64,000 nt of DNA from assembly GCA_045535075.1 (NCBI GenBank), contig JAZSKX010000007.1, positions 128,001 through 192,000 of the forward strand, read 5' to 3'. Under the pieces are notes generated by a model. The model was not told the DNA's origin. It did not search any database and saw nothing but the letters and a program-made list of their open reading frames with translations. Source of the stretch: Candidatus Spyradenecus sp. (GTDB taxonomy: Bacteria > Verrucomicrobiota > Verrucomicrobiia > Opitutales > UBA953). Shown piece by piece: positions 60,301 to 64,000 of this stretch. Positions within the stretch are counted from its first letter, which is position 1; every line of letters starts with the position of its first letter. The position numbers and the translations under genes are program-made.

Positions 60301-63300
60301 GTGTTCGCTCCGGAAAGTGTGAGTGTGCCGTCCGTGTTTTTGATGATTCCGAGAACGCCTTCGGTTACGAGGTTGCTACTCGTGTTTCCGCCGCGTTGAT
60401 AACTCTTATCCTGAATAATTCCGGCAAATTCGCCTTCGCCGATTGTCAGCTTGAAATTACCGCCCGTCATGCTTGCGGTTGAGCCGTAGCCGACACCGAT
60501 TTGCGTGTTTGCATTGCCGTCGAGATGCTTGACGGCAACGTCCTTCCAAATGCTCATAAACGCTTTTTGCGCCGAGCCGCCGGTCAAAACGACCGTTGCG
60601 TTTTCCAAGCTCGCGTTCAAGTCAATTCCGAGACTGTAGTTATTGGAGGAATCAACCGTGAGCGTCCCGGAAAAATCCTTGTCATTTCCGTCGATAATCA
60701 AACGTCCGTTGACATTAAAGTTGGAGTCTTGCGCTCGCGAATAAGTCAGCGTTCCTGCGCCGGAAAGTCCGCCTTGAATCGCAATTTCCTTTGCCCAGTT
60801 GGAATTCAGCGCGTGTGTTCCGTTAGCGGCGATATCTCCCGTAAACGCAAATTGGTAATCTCCGTTCGTTGACGGACTGACAGCGCTTGCGTCCCAAATG
60901 CTAAGCGTCGCTGTGTTATTCAGCGTGATCGCATTGGCAAACGTGCGATGCGTTCCCGCCGCGTTAAAGCGTAAAACACCGGTATCGGCGACGATGGCGC
61001 CGTTTCCGGAATTATTTGTTTCGATTACGAGCGTGCCTTCGGAAAGCGTCGCGGTGCTCCATGCGAGCGAAGCGCCCGTGAGCGTTATCGTTCCCGCGCC
61101 GGATTTCGTGAGCGTTCCCGTGCCGGAGATCGAATTATCGAAGGTTCCGTTGAAATTTAATTCGAGTTCTGCATTGTTTGTTACGGCTCCTGAACCGAGC
61201 GCATCCGCGTTGCTTGCAACGAGCTTTCCGTCGGAAATCGTTGTTCCTCCGGAATAGGAGTTCGCGTGGCTGAGCGCTATCGTTCCCGCGCCGGATTTTA
61301 CGAGCTTCCCGCTATCTCTAATGAGAGCGGAAATGCTAAGGTTAACATCTTCCGCAACTGCAAAATTTACGGCTCCGGTTCGCAAACGAATTGTAGCCGC
61401 AATGGAAGAATCCGCCGTTGCTGAGAGCGTGGTGGAATTTGACGCGTTGTTTCCGTTATAAAAATCCAACGCGCCGTGTTCGTCGCCCGTTCCCGTAATA
61501 TTGCCGCCGTTAAGGACGATCTGATTTCCCGTACCGATTGTCCAGCGTTTGGAATTGAAATTAAGTTCGCCTCCGTTGAGCGTAAGCGTGTTCGTTGCTC
61601 CGTAGTTCAAAGAATCGCTTGCATTGACGGTAACGGTTCCGCTTTCGAGCTGTAAATCTGCGGCAAATGAACCGCCGTTTAAGTTCACATTTCCGCCGGA
61701 AACGACCAAGGTTCCGTCGCCGGAAATATTTGAAGAAATCGTCCCGTTTTCAATCTGTAAATTACTTGAGAGATTAAGATTTCCGCCGGTGTGATTCAGC
61801 GTGCCGACGTTGGAGTTTGTTCCGGAAAGCGTTGTTGTTCCGCCGGTGTGATTTAGCGTGCCGATAGTTGCCGTTCCCGCGAAGGTATTATTGCCGCCGG
61901 CAATCCCGACGGATTTGCCTTCGGCGTTGAACGCGCCGTTGAAAGTCAGCCCGCTACCGTTGATGTAGAAATTATTGCCTTGAATTTCTCCGTCGCCGAT
62001 TTCGACGTCGGCGGCAATCGTCGTTACGGACTCTCCCCAGAACCAAACGCCGTTTGCGACGAGCTTTGTTGTTCCGCCGAGGTCGAATTTTGTATTCGTG
62101 GAGCAAATACGTCCGGAGACTTGGAACGTTCCCGTGAAATCGTCGGATAGTGCAATAGTCGAATTGTGCTCGCCCGTGCTCGTGTTGCCCCAAACAATTG
62201 TTCCGTTGCCGGTGATATTTTTGTTCAGTGCTCTGTTGAGTTCCGTCCCGAGATTCAGGGTCGTTCCCTCCGACAAGCTCAAATTCGCTCCGTTGTTAAT
62301 CGTGAGATTTGCATTCGCGATATTGATTGTTGCGCCTGTTCCCGTGAAGGAGATGCTTTCGTTGACCGTCATCGTTGCGGGGGAAACACTTGCGTTGTCG
62401 GCGAGCGCAACCTGCGCGCCGTCGGTGGCGAAAATCACGCTGTCGCCCGGAGCGTAAGCGAATTTGCCTGCGCCGTTGACTGTCCAGTTTGCGTCGGTGT
62501 TGTTCCATGTTCCCGCGGCGTTTTCGTTGCCCGCCCAAGTGAGCGTTCCCGCGCCGACGAGGACGGATCCGCCGCTTGCCGAGAGGCGTGCGGAAGCAAC
62601 GGCGTTGCCGCTTTGCGTGAAGTTCGCCGCCGTCAAATCCGTCCAACCGGAAATCGTTCCCGCGCCGGAAATGAGCGTGTAAACATTGTCTTGTGCCGTC
62701 AGATTATCGAGCGCAAAGCTCGTCGTATCGGCGACGGAAACGGTTCCCGCGTTTTCGATGGCGCCGGAAAGATTGACCGTTCCCGTGAGCGCGAGCGTTC
62801 CCGAGGCGACGGAAATTCTGCCTCCGCCTGTCGTCGCGATTGCTTGCTCGGCGGCTTGCGTCAGCGTTGCGTCGCTTGCGATTGCGATTTCAAGCGTGCC
62901 GCCGTTGACGGAAATATCGCCGGAGCCGAGCGCCGCAGCGTTTTGCGCAACGAGCTTCCCGGCGGAAATCGTTGTGCCGCCGGCGGAGTTGTTCGTTCCC
63001 GCGAGCGTTTGTGTTCCCGCACCGGTTTTTACCAAGGCGACGTTTGAAAGAATAGTTCCGTTGTACGTATAGTTTCCGTCGGCAGCCGTATTGATTTCTA
63101 AGGTGCGCAACGTTTCGTCAGAGGAAAAATTATCTCCCGTCTGTGCTCCGGAAAATACCGAAACCGACTTTCCGCTTGCACTTTCTAATCCTGCAATGAC
63201 GACGCGGTCGGCGTTCACGCCGAGCCCCATTCCGTGATTATTTTCCGCAAACGAAATAACGGCGTTCTTGGCAATATTCTGATTGCTGATGACCAATGCC

Positions 63301-64000
63301 GATTTTCTCGTGTCGTTTGCCGTATTTGAGACAACGATTTTTCCCGAAAAATCATCTCCCGAGACAGCGGTCGAGTCTTTTCCCAAGGTATAGACGGCGG
63401 ATTTTGCCGTGTTCATTTTTACCGTGGAAACGAGATTCAGCGTCGCGTTGTTTCCGAGTAGCTTATTGATTGTAACGCTATGCGTTTGAACTCCGCTCAT
63501 GTCGGACAATTTCATCGTCGCCGATGCGTTGTCCGCAAGAGAAACGGAATCGAAAACATAGCCTTGTCCGACCGTTTCTATCGTGGCGCCGTTCCCCATC
63601 GAAATTTCGCCGACGGAAACGCGACTGCCCGCATTGTTGTAAAGAGCGCTTGTTGAGGAAAACTGCGCGGTTCCTCCTCCAAGCTCCAGGCGATCAATGC
63701 TGACGTTTGTGTTTCCCGAGTTGCCGGAGAAAGTGAGCGTTCCCGCGTTGGAAGAAAGCGAATCTAAGTCAACGCTTCCGTTAAAGGTTTTTGTTCCCGA
63801 CCCGGCGTTAAATGCCATCGACGGGAGTGTTACCGATCCGTTGAAAACAAAGCCTTGAGTGAGGTCTTTGTTAAAAGTGAAGCGGCCTGTGCCGGAGATG
63901 TCTCCGCTTACCGTCAGCGTTCCCGCCCTATAACCGTCCGTGAGCGTAATATTGCTGTTTAAAATCAGGTCGGAGGCGATCGGATTGCTTGAATTTTGAT
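57333..64000 (-). CDS. Giant surface protein with autotransporter-associated beta-strand repeats and a PEP-CTERM sorting signal (5' end beyond the window)
   Basis: Repeated K.G.GT.TLSG.N.YSGGT motifs; C-terminal IPEPTTFGLLAGLGALFLVGTRRRKRV; frame stays open from 63818 to the window edge. Confidence 0.92.
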   Translation of the reverse strand, partial: QNSSNPIASDLILNSNITLTDGYRAGTLTVSGDISGTGRFTFNKDLTQGFVFNGSVTLPSMAFNAGSGTKTFNGSVDLDSLSSNAGTLTFSGNSGNTNVSIDRLELGGGTAQFSSTSALYNNAGSRVSVGEISMGNGATIETVGQGYVFDSVSLADNASATMKLSDMSGVQTHSVTINKLLGNNATLNLVSTVKMNTAKSAVYTLGKDSTAVSGDDFSGKIVVSNTANDTRKSALVISNQNIAKNAVISFAENNHGMGLGVNADRVVIAGLESASGKSVSVFSGAQTGDNFSSDETLRTLEINTAADGNYTYNGTILSNVALVKTGAGTQTLAGTNNSAGGTTISAGKLVAQNAAALGSGDISVNGGTLEIAIASDATLTQAAEQAIATTGGGRISVASGTLALTGTVNLSGAIENAGTVSVADTTSFALDNLTAQDNVYTLISGAGTISGWTDLTAANFTQSGNAVASARLSASGGSVLVGAGTLTWAGNENAAGTWNNTDANWTVNGAGKFAYAPGDSVIFATDGAQVALADNASVSPATMTVNESISFTGTGATINIANANLTINNGANLSLSEGTTLNLGTELNRALNKNITGNGTIVWGNTSTGEHNSTIALSDDFTGTFQVSGRICSTNTKFDLGGTTKLVANGVWFWGESVTTIAADVEIGDGEIQGNNFYINGSGLTFNGAFNAEGKSVGIAGGNNTFAGTATIGTLNHTGGTTTLSGTNSNVGTLNHTGGNLNLSSNLQIENGTISSNISGDGTLVVSGGNVNLNGGSFAADLQLESGTVTVNASDSLNYGATNTLTLNGGELNFNSKRWTIGTGNQIVLNGGNITGTGDEHGALDFYNGNNASNSTTLSATADSSIAATIRLRTGAVNFAVAEDVNLSISALIRDSGKLVKSGAGTIALSHANSYSGGTTISDGKLVASNADALGSGAVTNNAELELNFNGTFDNSISGTGTLTKSGAGTITLTGASLAWSTATLSEGTLVIETNNSGNGAIVADTGVLRFNAAGTHRTFANAITLNNTATLSIWDASAVSPSTNGDYQFAFTGDIAANGTHALNSNWAKEIAIQGGLSGAGTLTYSRAQDSNFNVNGRLIIDGNDKDFSGTLTVDSSNNYSLGIDLNASLENATVVLTGGSAQKAFMSIWKDVAVKHLDGNANTQIGVGYGSTASMTGGNFKLTIGEGEFAGIIQDKSYQRGGNTSSNLVTEGVLGIIKNTDGTLTLSGANTYSGGTTISAGKLVAQNAAALGSGDISVNGGTLEIAIASDATLTQAAEQAIATTGEGRISVASGTLALTGTVNLSGAIENAGTVSVADTTSFALDNLTAQDNVYTLISGAGTISGWTDLTAANFTQSGNAVTSARLSASGGSVLVGAGTLTWAGDENAAGTWNNTNANWTVNGVGKFAYAPGDSVIFATAGAQVALADNASVSPATMTVNESVSFTGTGTTISVSPGTLTIADSKTLTINNGVTLDLGSVSGSLSHPNIAGTGTVKLGTAAWGNTISVGSGDAFTGTTYLSANSRFTINGSSFGETLHLAAPTGTDSSGYGFQLTGEYTFEKNLVLDGEAHFHQNGGVKLTFSESSSVSGEGTYVKRGNNGTLAFNGSVNLGEFKTGAGGTTDFTGTTELATATISQGTVNFSGGNTTIETLSHTGGTVNFTAGTNSITTLSSNGQIKQTGGMLSVAGGSATTLRQEAGTLNLVGDITLSGTGERQSLYVRDTLVIGDGKTATHITSGRLEVGDANNSGTSSVTLKSNAQLNITGSTNNWNSSDDYKGNSVVLGEWNNTTTLTIEGTLTAENAEIGFGDNGGSIIINGGGILYAKGIGQSVSGKAGSGKFELTLNDGAMLGFGESGINSAKNNVSITFNEGVVYTDAANGASIAENITLNSTSGTRFHVYEGMPMSISGVVSGSGKLIKDYDGTLTLSGNNSYSGGTEVLAGTLKITHANGLGAATNNTVTVTSGATLELAANMDGTERKYVLAGGTLKASAATGSTKKQIATGNDAIRLTADSVVQADAEFGMISSGWHANQLNLDGHTLTKTGSAKFFLSQTTLSAGTLRIEEGTVECITNGGNSNASAANIQILGGSGKLNITTSSFAVGSLTLEVSGSYTEATLSGSGTLTIGSDGKIIVKRSESATLDVAAGTAYTYQVAASGASFDDSWTTASFELQGWETGWHVESYTNGLLTLAIPEPTTFGLLAGLGALFLVGTRRRKRV
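59646..60295. repeat. Internal direct repeat, copy 1 (~650 bp)
   Basis: Near-identical to 62334-62983; offset 2688 bp, in frame. Confidence 0.9.
62334..62983. repeat. Internal direct repeat, copy 2 (~650 bp)
   Basis: About 15-20 substitutions against copy 1 by eye, no indels seen. Confidence 0.9.

Overview
A 64-kb stretch of core chromosome, most likely from a Verrucomicrobiota (Opitutia-like) bacterium. The taxon is inferred from a giant PEP-CTERM protein built of autotransporter-type beta-strand repeats and from the gene content. Most of the window is housekeeping genes: kdsA, efp, an RRM protein, rnr, aroA, prfB, cstA, pntAA/AB/B, hpf, hup, sufT, birA, moxR-DUF58, apbE, tRNA-Gly, an NtrC-type regulator, sucCD, menA, aroC, a GH2 beta-galactosidase, nifJ, tex, rho and gdhA. 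It also holds a secreted lipoprotein/caspase/FGE operon and two small decayed phage-like remnants. The strongest signal is non-genic: a non-palindromic motif, (G)CGTTCCCG(C), reverse complement (G)CGGGAACG(C), saturates the window. My hand tally found about 90 exact 8-mer cores in the first 33 kb, against roughly 2-3 expected by chance in the whole window. The motif occurs in both orientations, in multiple codon frames, and as inverted pairs forming the stems of many intrinsic terminators. This matches the architecture of the DNA uptake sequences of Neisseriaceae and Pasteurellaceae but with a different sequence, so it may be an undescribed self-DNA recognition (uptake-signal) system. Secondary observations: an EF-P with a TPPNN loop, prfB with its frameshift site fixed in frame, a structured leader on the RRM gene, a DGR-variable-region-like end on the FGE gene, a divergent Rho, and a recent ~650-bp duplication inside the PEP-CTERM gene. 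All counts are by eye; no database searches were run.
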